Assembly (NCBI GenBank): GCA_017464245.1
Contig: JAFUDV010000062.1
Span: 2,546 to 66,545 of the forward strand
From: Bacteroidales bacterium
GTDB taxonomy: Bacteria > Bacteroidota > Bacteroidia > Bacteroidales > UBA932
Length of the DNA stretch: 64,000 nt
Direction of reading: 5' to 3'
The stretch's first letter is position 1. Each line of letters opens with the position of its first letter. Below are positions 20,501-29,689 of the stretch, one piece after another. Under the pieces are notes generated by a model. It was given only the letters and a program-made list of their open reading frames with translations. It did not search any database and was not told the DNA's origin. The position numbers were made by a program, and so were the translations under genes.

Positions 20501-20757
20501 TGGTGAAAATCCGGAATCTCGGCGTCCTGTCCGGCTTCGAGAAGATCATCGTCAAGAACGGGATGCAGATCATGTTCTTCGTATCCAATCCGATGTCGTC
20601 CTTCTATAAGTCCAGGCAGTTCGAGCGGATCGTCGGCCGGATCAACGAGCAGCCGGCCCTGTTCAAGGTGAACCAGGACAAGGGAAAGCTCCGGACGGTG
20701 ACCCGGGGAGTAGATTCCATGGAAAAGGCCCTCGTCACCCTCCGGAAGTTGCAATAA
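17566..20757 (+). CDS. mfd: Transcription-repair coupling factor
   Basis: HIDHGVG, CGDVGFGKTEVA, DEEQKFG, QLRGRVGRS, DLDIRGAGNLLG, TRCF C-domain. Confidence 0.96.
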   Translation: MLISATSTQLLRRRMESGKETFCSGLFLSARWFVVSQAAEKGVHLVVLPTKEAAEYCSSDLYNLVEGDRVFFLPDSGGAVERSNYKSSLGVQRTAAVGKMMDPGEGKLFIVTYPEALEEPVPEEKKLAGALFTVRTGEEISYEKVKEILGNQGFERVDFVSAPGQYAIRGAVIDIFSYSLEYPYRLTFFGNEVEKIHTFDCNTQLSKETMDRADIYPDIIAGNPEEGGVSVLTLLKKDATVWLDSSDMYRERDFFPLLTEFRHVYLDIPLSRQNEESVAFYITPQPVFNKNFELLLSDIRTRMENGYKVQIFGEKEAQLERLRSIILQDEHALLPEFVKGKVIHAGFIDNQDRICCYSDHEIFDRFHRVRLRRTVEKSEQLTLNDLSAFNIGDYIVHIDHGVGVFGGLVKMADDKGRIHEVVKLMYRDNDVVFVSVHSLHKISRFRSKEGEMPRINKLGSKAWTTMKSSAKSRVKDIAKELIQLYARRKASKGYAFSPDNYLQEELESSFMYEDTPDQEKATKAVKEDMEDICPMDRLVCGDVGFGKTEVAIRAAFKAVCDSKQVAVLVPTTILALQHFETFKARLKNLPCTVEYVSRLRTAKEITDIKKKLKEGQIDILIGTHKVLGAGFGFKDLGLLIIDEEQKFGVGAKEKLRQLKASVDTLTLTATPIPRTLQFSLLGARDLSIINTPPPNRIPIQTEIILFDEQEIKGIIGYELNRGGQIFFLHNKVEELPAIHDILHRLVPDMRICVAHGQMEAKELENKMLDFMRGDYDMLLCTTIIENGLDIPNANTIIVNQAQNIGLSDLHQLRGRVGRSNRKAFCYLVVPPLVSITDDARRRLRAIEEFSDLGSGFNIAMQDLDIRGAGNLLGAEQSGFITDMGFETYQKILSEAMEELGMETGIVTRGTQETFVEDCTVETDQPALIPDDYIDVTAEKIRIYKQLDSLTDDREIDRLGRQLEDRFGPMPAEVRNLLDVVKIRNLGVLSGFEKIIVKNGMQIMFFVSNPMSSFYKSRQFERIVGRINEQPALFKVNQDKGKLRTVTRGVDSMEKALVTLRKLQ

Positions 20758-20785
20758 ACCTGTAAAATTGTTACATTTGCAGGCT

Positions 20786-21511
20786 ATGTCCAATCTGCTG
20801 GTGGAAATCGGAAATACGGCGCTGAAAGCGGCCTGGGCTGAGGGGATGACTCTCGGCAAGACTTTCCGCTACCAGGGGGAAAAGGGAATGGACTTCATCC
20901 TCTCGGTCATTCGGCGGGACAAGCCGGAAGTGATGGTGGTGTCTTCGGTCTATCCCCTGTCCCCTGCCGATACGGACCTGCTCGGGAAGGAATGCAGCCA
21001 TCTGGTGGTCCTGGACAGCGACCATAAGGAAATCCTTCTGGGCCATGGACTTCCGTCCTACCTTTCCTATGACCGGGCGGCCTCCGTCCTGGCGGCACGC
21101 TACCTGTTCCGCGGGATGGCCTGCACGATCGTGGACTTCGGGACGACCCTGAGCGTGGATTTCACGGACAAGGACGGCGCCTATACCGGCGGCAACGTAT
21201 CCCTCGGCTGCCGCACCCGCTTCAAGGCGCTGAACCGGTATTCCCGCGCCCTTCCGCTCGTGAACACCCCCGCTTCCTGCGGGACGGTAGGCAGTTCCGA
21301 ACAGTCTTCGATCGAAAGCGGCGTGGTTTCAGGCATACAATTTGAAATAGAGGGATACCTGGCGCTTCATCCGGGAAACGTCCCCGTGTTTACGGGCGGG
21401 GACGCGAATTATTTTGCAAAACGGATGAAAAGTTCCATCTTTGTAATTTGTAACCTCGTGATGATGGGGTTGGCTTTAATAGCTGACGAATATGTCAAGA
21501 AACTGGATTGA
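20786..21511 (+). CDS. coaX: Type III pantothenate kinase
   Basis: EIGNT, DR, VDFGT, TGGDA, LVMMGL; TACATTTGC promoter at 20772. Confidence 0.88.
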   Translation: MSNLLVEIGNTALKAAWAEGMTLGKTFRYQGEKGMDFILSVIRRDKPEVMVVSSVYPLSPADTDLLGKECSHLVVLDSDHKEILLGHGLPSYLSYDRAASVLAARYLFRGMACTIVDFGTTLSVDFTDKDGAYTGGNVSLGCRTRFKALNRYSRALPLVNTPASCGTVGSSEQSSIESGVVSGIQFEIEGYLALHPGNVPVFTGGDANYFAKRMKSSIFVICNLVMMGLALIADEYVKKLD

Positions 21512-22796
21512 CAGGCTATGGATCACTGTCGCGGCCCTTCTTGTGGCCGCGTTGCCGCTATGTGCCCAGAACGGCACCTACAACGGTTATTCTCCGTATT
21601 CTGTCTATGGCATCGGCGACCTCCATGCCGCCGGAACGGCTTTCAACGCATCGATGGGCGGCGTAGGCATCGCCACCCGCAACCGCCGTTTCGTCAATAC
21701 GATGAATCCCGCGTCGGCGACCGCCCGCGACTCCCTTTCCTTCATGGCGGATTTCGGCATTTCCGGAAAGGCCTCCCTCTTCACCGAGGGTGACAAGAAG
21801 GGTGTGAAGACGCTGGCGAACATCAACGACTTCGTGATTTCCTTCCCGATGTGGCGCAAGACCGCCTTCATGGTGGGCATCGCCCCGTTCAGCGACACGG
21901 GTTTCTCCATGTCCTATGTGGACAAGATCACTTCCGGTGACCAGAGTATCGGCTATACCGGCCAGCGCGCCTACGGCGCATTCGGTGACGGCGGCATCTA
22001 CCAGCTGTTCGCCGGTGCGTCGGCCACCCTGTGGAACCGCCTTTCCGTGGGTGCCCAGTACAACCTGTTCTTCGGCACCATCAGCAAGTACTCCTCCAGC
22101 ACGTTCAGCGATGCGAGCTACCGGAGCCAGACCCTCGGTGACACCCTTCAGGTACGGGCCCATACGGCGAAGTTCGGCCTCCAGTACGAGCAGCCCGTCG
22201 GAACCGGAAAGTTCACTTTCGGAGCCACTTACCGTCTCAAGGCGAAGGTCAGCGGCTATGCCGTGGAATACAGCAACGTTTCGGAAATGGACCTGGGCGA
22301 CCACTCCCTGAAGGAGGACAACATCTCCTTCGGAGACGAGATCGGCGCGGGCATCGCCTATTCCCAGGGCGAAAAATGGTCCGTGGAACTGGACTACCTG
22401 CGCGGCGACTGGCGCGGCAGCAACTTCGACTCAGTGCGCGGTTTCCGCAACAACGGGACGCATTCCTTCGCTTCCGGCGTGGCCCAGTCCGTCAAGGCGG
22501 GCTTTGAAATCACCCCGAACCGGAACGACATCCGCTACCGCTGGAAACGCTGTACTTATCGGGCGGGTGCCTACATGGACCAGTCCTATTTCCAGGTCGA
22601 TGGACAGAACATCATCTCCGCCGGCATCACCCTCGGAATGACGGTTCCGGTGTATCAGGGCTATAACGGCATTACCTTTGCATTGGATGCCGGACAAAGG
22701 GGTATCGGAAGCGGATTCGTCAAGGAAAACTACCTGGGATTCCACATCGGATTCAACATCTTCGACATCTGGTTCCGTAAACCGCAGTACCAGTAA
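21492..22796 (+). CDS. Outer membrane beta-barrel protein (FadL/OmpP1-like)
   Basis: Signal peptide, SPYSVYGIG, MGG, NPAS; conserved position after coaX. Confidence 0.75.
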   Translation: MSRNWIDRLWITVAALLVAALPLCAQNGTYNGYSPYSVYGIGDLHAAGTAFNASMGGVGIATRNRRFVNTMNPASATARDSLSFMADFGISGKASLFTEGDKKGVKTLANINDFVISFPMWRKTAFMVGIAPFSDTGFSMSYVDKITSGDQSIGYTGQRAYGAFGDGGIYQLFAGASATLWNRLSVGAQYNLFFGTISKYSSSTFSDASYRSQTLGDTLQVRAHTAKFGLQYEQPVGTGKFTFGATYRLKAKVSGYAVEYSNVSEMDLGDHSLKEDNISFGDEIGAGIAYSQGEKWSVELDYLRGDWRGSNFDSVRGFRNNGTHSFASGVAQSVKAGFEITPNRNDIRYRWKRCTYRAGAYMDQSYFQVDGQNIISAGITLGMTVPVYQGYNGITFALDAGQRGIGSGFVKENYLGFHIGFNIFDIWFRKPQYQ

Positions 22797-22826
22797 TAAT
22801 AAGGACAAATACAAAATTCTGACGAT

Positions 22827-24164
22827 ATGAAAAAGTTAACCTTCATCCTGCTGGCCGCCGTGGCCGCCTTCCTGGGCCAGAATGCCTCCGCCCAAGGCAA
22901 GTATGGTGCTGACAGCGCAGAGTGCATCAAGTACCTCTCCTACTATCAGGAGTACTACAAGCAGAAGAATTACGATTCCGCCCTTCCCAACTGGAGAAAG
23001 GCCTATTCCATCTGCCCGGCTACCGCATCGCAGAACCTGTTCGTCCACGGTTCCACCCTCATCAACCGGGAGATTACCAAGAACCGCAAGAACGTCGCTT
23101 ACTTCAACGCCCTCGTGGACACCCTGCTCACCCTGCAGGACCAGCGTCTGCAGTACTATCCGCGCACGGCCAAGGGCGTGGACCAGAAGGCCACGATCCT
23201 GAACAACAAGGGTCAGTATATGATCAACTTCCGCAGCGAGGATTCCCAGTACCTGTATGACAACCTCACCTCGATTATCAACGAGCTGGGCAGCAATACC
23301 AAGGGCGGCATCCTGGTGAACAACCTTCAGGCTGCGATCAACCTGTACCGCGAGAACAAACTCTCCGCCGATGACGTGATCAACATGTACGACACCGTTT
23401 CCTCCGCCATCGCCGGTGCCACCGCCAAGAGCGATGCCGAGGCCGAGGACAACCTCAAGACCAAGGCGACCATCGAGAGCGTCTTCGCCGACAGCAAGGT
23501 TGCTTCCTGCGAGAACCTGATTTCCATCTTCACCCCGCGCTTCGAGGCCGATCCGGACAACATCTCCGTGGTCGCGAACATCGTGAAGCTCATGAACGCC
23601 GCTGACGACTGCGCCACCAACGACCTCTATTTCAAGGCCGTCACCCAGATGCACAAGCTGGATCCGTCCTATCGCAGCGCCTATGGCCTGTACAAGCTGA
23701 ACGCCGCCCGCGGCAATGTCGCCGACGCCTGCCGCTACCTGGACGAGGCCATCGACTCCGAGGATTCCGACGATGCCACCGACGCCCAGTACCTGTACGA
23801 GCTCGCCCGCTTCTGCTATGCGAACAACATGCGCGGCCGCGCCTTCGACGCCGCCGGCAAGGCGGTCCGCCTGGACAACGGCTATGCCGGCAAGGCTTAC
23901 ATGATCATGGGCAACCTCTGGTCCTCCGCTTCCTGCGGCGGCGACGTGGACAAGTACGCCCGCTACTGGGCCGCTACGGACTACTACCAGAAGGCGAAGG
24001 CCGCCGACGAGTCCCTCACGGCGGATGCCAACGCCGCCATCGGCAAGGTGAGCATCTACTATCCGGAGGCCAGCGAAATCTTCATGTACGACCTGGGCAA
24101 GGGTCAGATCTATACGGTCTCCTGCGGTGGCATGACCACCACCACGACCGTCCGTACCCGGTAG
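22827..24164 (+). CDS. Secreted tetratricopeptide-repeat protein
   Basis: Signal peptide; helical repeats; YWAATDYYQKAK...P C-terminus; coaX-lptC operon context. Confidence 0.75.
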   Translation: MKKLTFILLAAVAAFLGQNASAQGKYGADSAECIKYLSYYQEYYKQKNYDSALPNWRKAYSICPATASQNLFVHGSTLINREITKNRKNVAYFNALVDTLLTLQDQRLQYYPRTAKGVDQKATILNNKGQYMINFRSEDSQYLYDNLTSIINELGSNTKGGILVNNLQAAINLYRENKLSADDVINMYDTVSSAIAGATAKSDAEAEDNLKTKATIESVFADSKVASCENLISIFTPRFEADPDNISVVANIVKLMNAADDCATNDLYFKAVTQMHKLDPSYRSAYGLYKLNAARGNVADACRYLDEAIDSEDSDDATDAQYLYELARFCYANNMRGRAFDAAGKAVRLDNGYAGKAYMIMGNLWSSASCGGDVDKYARYWAATDYYQKAKAADESLTADANAAIGKVSIYYPEASEIFMYDLGKGQIYTVSCGGMTTTTTVRTR

Positions 24165-24170
24165 GAAGCT

Positions 24171-24851
24171 GTGAAGCAGTTCCGCATATTGACGACGATG
24201 GCAACCGCGCTTGCGGTTGCTTTCGTTGTCTTTTCGTGCAAGGGAAACCTGTCCGAGGCGGAGAAGCTGGACCTGTCCGTGACGCCGCTCCAGGTAGTGG
24301 ACAGCATGTTCTTCGTCCAGACGGAGAACGGAAAGCTGAAAATGCGCGTGGAGGCGCCTGTAATGGAGGTTTATGACCATGACAGCCTCTCCTATGAGCT
24401 GTTCCCGAAAGGAATATCCGTATTCGGATACACGGAGGAAGGGTCCCTCGAGACGACCATCCGCTCCCAGAAGGCCCGCCACGATACCCGCAAGGGCGGG
24501 GAGGACAAGTGGTCGGCCTTCGGCAATGTCGTCATCCGGAATATCGTCAAACAGGAGACGATGGAGACGGACACCATCTACTGGGACCAGCAGAAGAAGG
24601 AGATCTGGACAGACTGTTACGTCAAGATGTATTCCCCGGCCGGCTATATGCAGGGATTCGGCATGCGCTCCGACGACATGGCCCGGAACGCCATCATCCA
24701 GCGTCCTTTCAACAGCTATGGCGTCGTGGAGCAGGATTCCACCAAGGTCGTCCTGGATTCGGTCAATTTCATCGGCCCGTTTCCCCGGCCCAAGGGGGCA
24801 AAAACGGCTGTTATGCGAAAAAATAGTGGTAAATTGAAAGAAAATCACTAA
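24171..24851 (+). CDS. lptC: LPS export ABC transporter periplasmic protein LptC
   Basis: Lipobox FSC; FPKG, WSAFGNVV, ETDTIYWDQ, GFGMRSD. Confidence 0.82.
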   Translation: MKQFRILTTMATALAVAFVVFSCKGNLSEAEKLDLSVTPLQVVDSMFFVQTENGKLKMRVEAPVMEVYDHDSLSYELFPKGISVFGYTEEGSLETTIRSQKARHDTRKGGEDKWSAFGNVVIRNIVKQETMETDTIYWDQQKKEIWTDCYVKMYSPAGYMQGFGMRSDDMARNAIIQRPFNSYGVVEQDSTKVVLDSVNFIGPFPRPKGAKTAVMRKNSGKLKENH

Positions 24852-24903
24852 ATTCGCACCCTTGACTGAAAAAGTACGGAAATTTTAAAAAAGTAACGAT
24901 AAA

Positions 24904-26994
24904 ATGGCAGTTTTAGAGAAACTCCGCGGTTGGGGCATTGTCCTTTCCATCCTGGTGGCCCTCCCGCTCCTCCTGTTCATCATCGACCCGAGCCAGATCA
25001 TCCAGACGGTCCAGTCCGTCTCCTCCAAGTATGATGTGGGCAAGATCGCCGGCAAGTCCGTCTCCTATACGGATTTCCAGCAGGCCGTGGACCAGTACAC
25101 CCGTGTCAACGAGCAGCTGACCGGAAACTCCGCTTCCTCCGAGCAACAGCAGCAGCAGATCCGCAACGCCGTCTGGCAGCACTTCGTGGACCAGAACCTG
25201 TTCATCAAGAATGCCAAGGCCGCCGGCCTGAACGTGGGCAAGGACGAACTCCTGGACCTCACCAACGGGGAGAACATTTCCCCGGTCATCGCTTCCGTCT
25301 TCTCCGACCAGGACGGCAACTTCTCCTCCGCGGCTCTCCGGAACTTCCTGGAGAACGTGGCCGACGGTGACGAGAACGCCCGCATGATCTGGAACTATCT
25401 CCAGGATGCCGTGATCACGAACCAGTACTACAACAAGTACAACAGCCTGTTCAGCGGCTCCAACATCCAGAACGCCATCCAGGTGAACCGGACCATCGCC
25501 GACAACAACACCACCGCCGACGTGGACTTCGTCATGAGCCCGTTCACCTTCGCGACCGACAGCTCCATCGTCGTGTCCGACAGCGAGATCAAGGCCTTCT
25601 ACAACGACCACAAGGACTTCTTCAAGCAGGTGGCCACCCGCGACATCGAGTATGCCGTGTTCCAGGTGGTTCCCTCCGCTGCCGACGTGGCCGCGACCAA
25701 CAGCGACTTCGTGAAGCAGTACGACGAGTTCGCCGTGACCGACAACGTGCGTTCCTTCCTGCAGCGCCATTCCGACGTCCAGTGGAGCGACCGCTGGTAC
25801 AAGGCCGGTGACCTGAAGTCCGTGAACGCGGAACTGGACACCTTCGTCTCCGAGCACAGCGAGGGCGTTTCCCCGGTGTACACCGCCGGTAATACCTTCT
25901 ATGCCGGCCGCATCATGGCCAGCGCCACGATGCCCGAGACCGTGACCATCCGTCACATGATGTTCTACAGCAACGAGGACGGCCAGCACCTGGCGGACAG
26001 CCTGCTCGGCGTTCTGCGCAAGGGCGGTGACTTCACTGCGCTCGCCCAGGAGCACTCCCTGGACCGCGGCTCCAACGCGGACGGCGAGTTCGGCAAGATC
26101 GGAGAGATCTCCCAGGCCACCGTTTCCTACCTGCCCACCGGTTTCGACGCCATCTTCACCGCGAAGAAGGGTGAGCCGTTCATCCTCCAGTCCAACGTCG
26201 CCACCCACATCGTGGAGGTGACCGAGGCCGGCGCTCCCGCCCTGTTCAAGCAGGTCGCCGTCTTCCAGAAGGAGACCCTCTCCAGCAAGGAGACCTTCAA
26301 CAAGTACTACAACGACGCGAACCGCCTCGCCACCCTTTCCGCCGGCAAGTATGCGAACTACCGCGCCGCCTGCGATTCCATCGGCACGTATTCCCACAGC
26401 CTGACCATCAACGAGGGTACCGATACCTACGGTTCCATCGGCCATGCGAAGGAAGTTACCCGCTGGGCTTTCGACAACAAGCCGGGCAAGGTGTCCAACA
26501 TCATCACCGTGGACAACAACTACTTCTTCGTCGTCGCCGTGAAGGGTGCGCACAAGGAGGGTTATGCCGAGGTTTCCGAGGTCGCCGACCAGATCAAGAA
26601 CCAGCTCTACTCCGAGAAGTACGCCGAGAAGCGCCGGGCCGATGTGGCCGCCCAGATCGCCGGTATGGAGGATCTCGAGGCCATCGCCGAGAAGCTCGGT
26701 ACGTCCGTGAGCCATCAGGGTGACGTCGCTTTCGCCGCGATGTCCGCCCGCAGCCTGGATCCCAAGTTTGTCGGTGCCATCGCCGCCGCTCCGGAAGGAA
26801 AGGTCTGCGGCCCGGTCGCCGGTTCCTACGGGGTCTATGTGTTCAAGGTGCTCGGCCGCGAGACAGGTTCCTTCTACACCGATTCCGATGCCAAGAACGC
26901 CAACTCCCAGCTCCTCAACTACGCCGTCCAGATGATCGTCCCCGTGATGATGCAGGACGCCGACGTGAAGGACAACCGTGCGAGATTCTTCTAG
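24904..26994 (+). CDS. ppiD: PpiD-like membrane-anchored peptidylprolyl isomerase (SurA N-terminal domain)
   Basis: MAVLEKLR plus TM anchor; parvulin motif GGDFTALAQEHSLD; DNRARFF end. Confidence 0.82.
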   Translation: MAVLEKLRGWGIVLSILVALPLLLFIIDPSQIIQTVQSVSSKYDVGKIAGKSVSYTDFQQAVDQYTRVNEQLTGNSASSEQQQQQIRNAVWQHFVDQNLFIKNAKAAGLNVGKDELLDLTNGENISPVIASVFSDQDGNFSSAALRNFLENVADGDENARMIWNYLQDAVITNQYYNKYNSLFSGSNIQNAIQVNRTIADNNTTADVDFVMSPFTFATDSSIVVSDSEIKAFYNDHKDFFKQVATRDIEYAVFQVVPSAADVAATNSDFVKQYDEFAVTDNVRSFLQRHSDVQWSDRWYKAGDLKSVNAELDTFVSEHSEGVSPVYTAGNTFYAGRIMASATMPETVTIRHMMFYSNEDGQHLADSLLGVLRKGGDFTALAQEHSLDRGSNADGEFGKIGEISQATVSYLPTGFDAIFTAKKGEPFILQSNVATHIVEVTEAGAPALFKQVAVFQKETLSSKETFNKYYNDANRLATLSAGKYANYRAACDSIGTYSHSLTINEGTDTYGSIGHAKEVTRWAFDNKPGKVSNIITVDNNYFFVVAVKGAHKEGYAEVSEVADQIKNQLYSEKYAEKRRADVAAQIAGMEDLEAIAEKLGTSVSHQGDVAFAAMSARSLDPKFVGAIAAAPEGKVCGPVAGSYGVYVFKVLGRETGSFYTDSDAKNANSQLLNYAVQMIVPVMMQDADVKDNRARFF

Positions 26995-26997
26995 TCT

Positions 26998-28101
26998 ATG
27001 GCTCTGAAATGTGGAATAGTCGGACTTCCCAATGTTGGGAAGTCCACTTTATTTAACTGCGTCAGCTCCGGCAAGGCCCAGAGCGCCAATTTCCCGTTCT
27101 GCACCATCGAACCCAACGTGGGGTCCACCAACGTGCCCGACAAGCGGCTGGAGGTGCTGACGGACATCTGCCAGCCCAAGCGCACCATTCCCGCCACGGT
27201 GGAGATCGTGGACATCGCGGGCCTGGTGAAGGGTGCCTCAAAGGGAGAGGGCCTCGGGAACCAGTTCCTCGCGAACATCCGCGAGACGGACGCCATCCTG
27301 CATGTCCTCCGCTGCTTCGATGACGGAAACATCGTCCATGTCGATGGTTCCGTGGACCCGGTCCGGGACAAGGAAGTCGTGGACACGGAACTCCAGATCA
27401 AGGATTTGGAGACGGTGGAAAACCGCATCAAGAAGGTGGAGAAGCAGGCCACGACGGGCGGTGACAAGGAAGCGAAGAAACTCCTGGCGCTGCTGCAGCG
27501 GTATCACGCCGCCCTGCTCCAGGGCCGTTCCTGCCGGACGGTCGTTCCCGAGAATGCGGAAGAGGAGCAGATGGCGCATGACCTGTTCCTCCTGACCAAC
27601 AAGCCGGTCATGTACGTGTGCAATGTCGATGAGGCTTCCGCCGCCACCGGCAACGCCTATGTCGATGCTGTCCGCGCCGCCGTTGCCGACGAGCATGCGG
27701 AAATCCTCGTCATCGCGGCCAAGACCGAGTCCGAGATCGCCGAGATCGAGGAGTACGAGGACCGCCAGATGTTCCTCGAGGAAATGGGCCTGGAAGAGTC
27801 CGGCGTCGTCCGCCTCATCCAGGGCGCCTACCGCCTCCTGGGTCTCCGCACCTTCTTTACGGCCGGTGCCGACGAGTGCCGCGCGTGGACCATCCACGTG
27901 GGCGACAAGGCACCCCGTGCCGCCGGTGTCATCCACACCGACTTCGAGCGCGGCTTCATCCGGGCCGAGGTTAACAAGTACGAAGACTTCGTCCAGTACC
28001 GTACCGAGGCGGCCGTCCGCGCTGCTGGAAAGATGGGCATCGAAGGCAAGGACTATGTCGTCCAGGACGGTGATATCATGCACTTCCTGTTCAACGTGTA
28101 A
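26998..28101 (+). CDS. ychF: Redox-regulated ATPase YchF
   Basis: GIVGLPNVGKST, NFPFCTIEPN, DIAGLVKGAS, EGKDYVVQDGD. Confidence 0.97.
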   Translation: MALKCGIVGLPNVGKSTLFNCVSSGKAQSANFPFCTIEPNVGSTNVPDKRLEVLTDICQPKRTIPATVEIVDIAGLVKGASKGEGLGNQFLANIRETDAILHVLRCFDDGNIVHVDGSVDPVRDKEVVDTELQIKDLETVENRIKKVEKQATTGGDKEAKKLLALLQRYHAALLQGRSCRTVVPENAEEEQMAHDLFLLTNKPVMYVCNVDEASAATGNAYVDAVRAAVADEHAEILVIAAKTESEIAEIEEYEDRQMFLEEMGLEESGVVRLIQGAYRLLGLRTFFTAGADECRAWTIHVGDKAPRAAGVIHTDFERGFIRAEVNKYEDFVQYRTEAAVRAAGKMGIEGKDYVVQDGDIMHFLFNV

Positions 28102-28124
28102 GTACATCCTAAACCTTTCACAAT

Positions 28125-28155
28125 CGCCGTTCTGTTGTTGCAGGACGGCGGTTTT
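28125..28155 (+). terminator. Intrinsic terminator after ychF
   Basis: CGCCGTTCTG/CAGGACGGCG stem followed by GTTTT. Confidence 0.7.
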
Positions 28156-28246
28156 CGTTATTATTCTTTAAAACAACCGGAAAACATTTCGCCACAATTT
28201 TACGTTTCCGGTCCCCGTTTTCGCGAGGGCGCCCTAACTTGGGCGC

Positions 28247-29470
28247 ATGAGAACGCAGATAATGCCCGCCCCAGTATTTCGGGGCCTTGTTGTTTCCTTT
28301 TACCTGTCGGCTGGAGTTTGTCCGGCCCTTGCCGTATCAACGACCCCGCTTGTGCAAGTCTCACTTGTACACAGGAATTCCTCCCCATCACAGATTCTCT
28401 GTACAAGTCTCGTGGAAAACGACAAAATGGGCCCGAAATCGCGAGACTTGAGCACGAATGTGCCACCCGAAGCCACTCGCGACGTACAAGCGAGACATGT
28501 ACAAAAAGAGGAAGTGGCGGAAGAAAGAGGCTTGACCGTGCTATTCTGGAACGTGGAGAACTTTTTCGACTGGCGGAATGATTCCACATCGGTTTCGGAT
28601 GCGGAGTTTTCGGCTGCGGGGGAGCGGCATTGGACCTGGAAACGCTTTCAGGCCAAGGCGAACGCTTTTGCGAAGGCTTTGCTCTGGATCGGGTCGGAAT
28701 CGGGCAGGTTGCCGGATATCATCGGCCTGGAGGAGGTGGAGAATGCCTTCGTTCTCAGGCAGGTGCTTCAGAAGACCTTGCTCCGGAAACTGGATTACCA
28801 GTATGTCCACTATGATTCTCCGGACCGGCGGGGTATTGACGTCGCACTGCTGTATCGGTCTTCGGTCTTGGAACTGTTGGCGTCCAGACCGTGCCATCTG
28901 TATTCCGGAAGCATTGACAGTCAATCAGATGGATCGATATCTCCTTCGGATACCGTTCTTGCGACCCGCGATATCCTGCTCTGCCGGTTCCGTTCCCGGG
29001 ACAGTGTGGAATTCGCCGTGCTGGTGAACCACCACCCTTCCAAATATGGCGGAGCGGCCTTGTCGGAGCCTCGTCGGCGCATCGCCGTGCAGCGGCTCCG
29101 GTTCCTGGCGGATTCCCTCGCCGCCCTCGGCATCGACCGGATCATCTCCGGCGGAGACTTCAACGACACCCCCGACAATCCCGTCTTCCGCCTCTTGGAA
29201 CCGACGCTGGTACCCATGCACATGGACCTTTTCCGCCGCGGCCTCGGCACCATCAAGTACGAAGGGAAGTGGGACCTCATCGACCATATCTATGTGTCCC
29301 CGGTGTTATCGACCCGTGCACGGATGCAAATCCTCCGGATCCCTTTCCTGCTCACGCGCGACACCATCCATTCCGGCGAGAAACCCCTTCGCACCTACAC
29401 CGGCCCCCGCCACATCGGCGGCGTCTCGGATCATCTGCCCGTCCTGCTGGAAGTGAGTATTCCTCCCTGA
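28247..29470 (+). CDS. Endonuclease/exonuclease/phosphatase (EEP) family protein with an in-frame palindromic-element insertion
   Basis: WNVENFFD, GLEEVEN, DRRGIDVALLY, NHHPSK, GDFND, SDHLPV; start uncertain (28247 or 28262). Confidence 0.88.
   Translation: MRTQIMPAPVFRGLVVSFYLSAGVCPALAVSTTPLVQVSLVHRNSSPSQILCTSLVENDKMGPKSRDLSTNVPPEATRDVQARHVQKEEVAEERGLTVLFWNVENFFDWRNDSTSVSDAEFSAAGERHWTWKRFQAKANAFAKALLWIGSESGRLPDIIGLEEVENAFVLRQVLQKTLLRKLDYQYVHYDSPDRRGIDVALLYRSSVLELLASRPCHLYSGSIDSQSDGSISPSDTVLATRDILLCRFRSRDSVEFAVLVNHHPSKYGGAALSEPRRRIAVQRLRFLADSLAALGIDRIISGGDFNDTPDNPVFRLLEPTLVPMHMDLFRRGLGTIKYEGKWDLIDHIYVSPVLSTRARMQILRIPFLLTRDTIHSGEKPLRTYTGPRHIGGVSDHLPVLLEVSIPP
28351..28503. repeat. Four-box palindromic element, copy 1 (153 bp, inside the EEP CDS)
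   Basis: Boxes at 28351, 28400, 28442 and 28483, related to TGTACAAGTCTCGCTTGTACA. Confidence 0.88.
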
Positions 29471-29508
29471 TCATGATGATCCTTCTTCCTTCCATCATCC
29501 CCAGGCGC

Positions 29509-29662
29509 TGTACAAGTCTCGCTTGTACCAAGAGAGTGTCGCCAGAGGCGTAAACCGTGTTCAAGTCTCTCGGATTTCCCCTTGTTTTCCCGGATAATCC
29601 GGAGATATGAACATAGAACGATGATTCTATTGCCAAATAGTTGTACAAGCGAGACTTGTACA
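29509..29662. repeat. Four-box palindromic element, copy 2 (154 bp, upstream of the HUH transposase)
   Basis: Boxes at 29509, 29558, 29601 and 29642; perfect 25-bp outer IR 29504-29528 / 29643-29667. Confidence 0.92.
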
Positions 29663-29689
29663 GCGCCCAGAATAAATCAAAGAATAGCC

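Noticed and set aside
28913-28925. ATTGACAGTCAAT palindrome inside the EEP gene
   Set aside because: It is a short single occurrence with no second copy noticed, so it could be chance.
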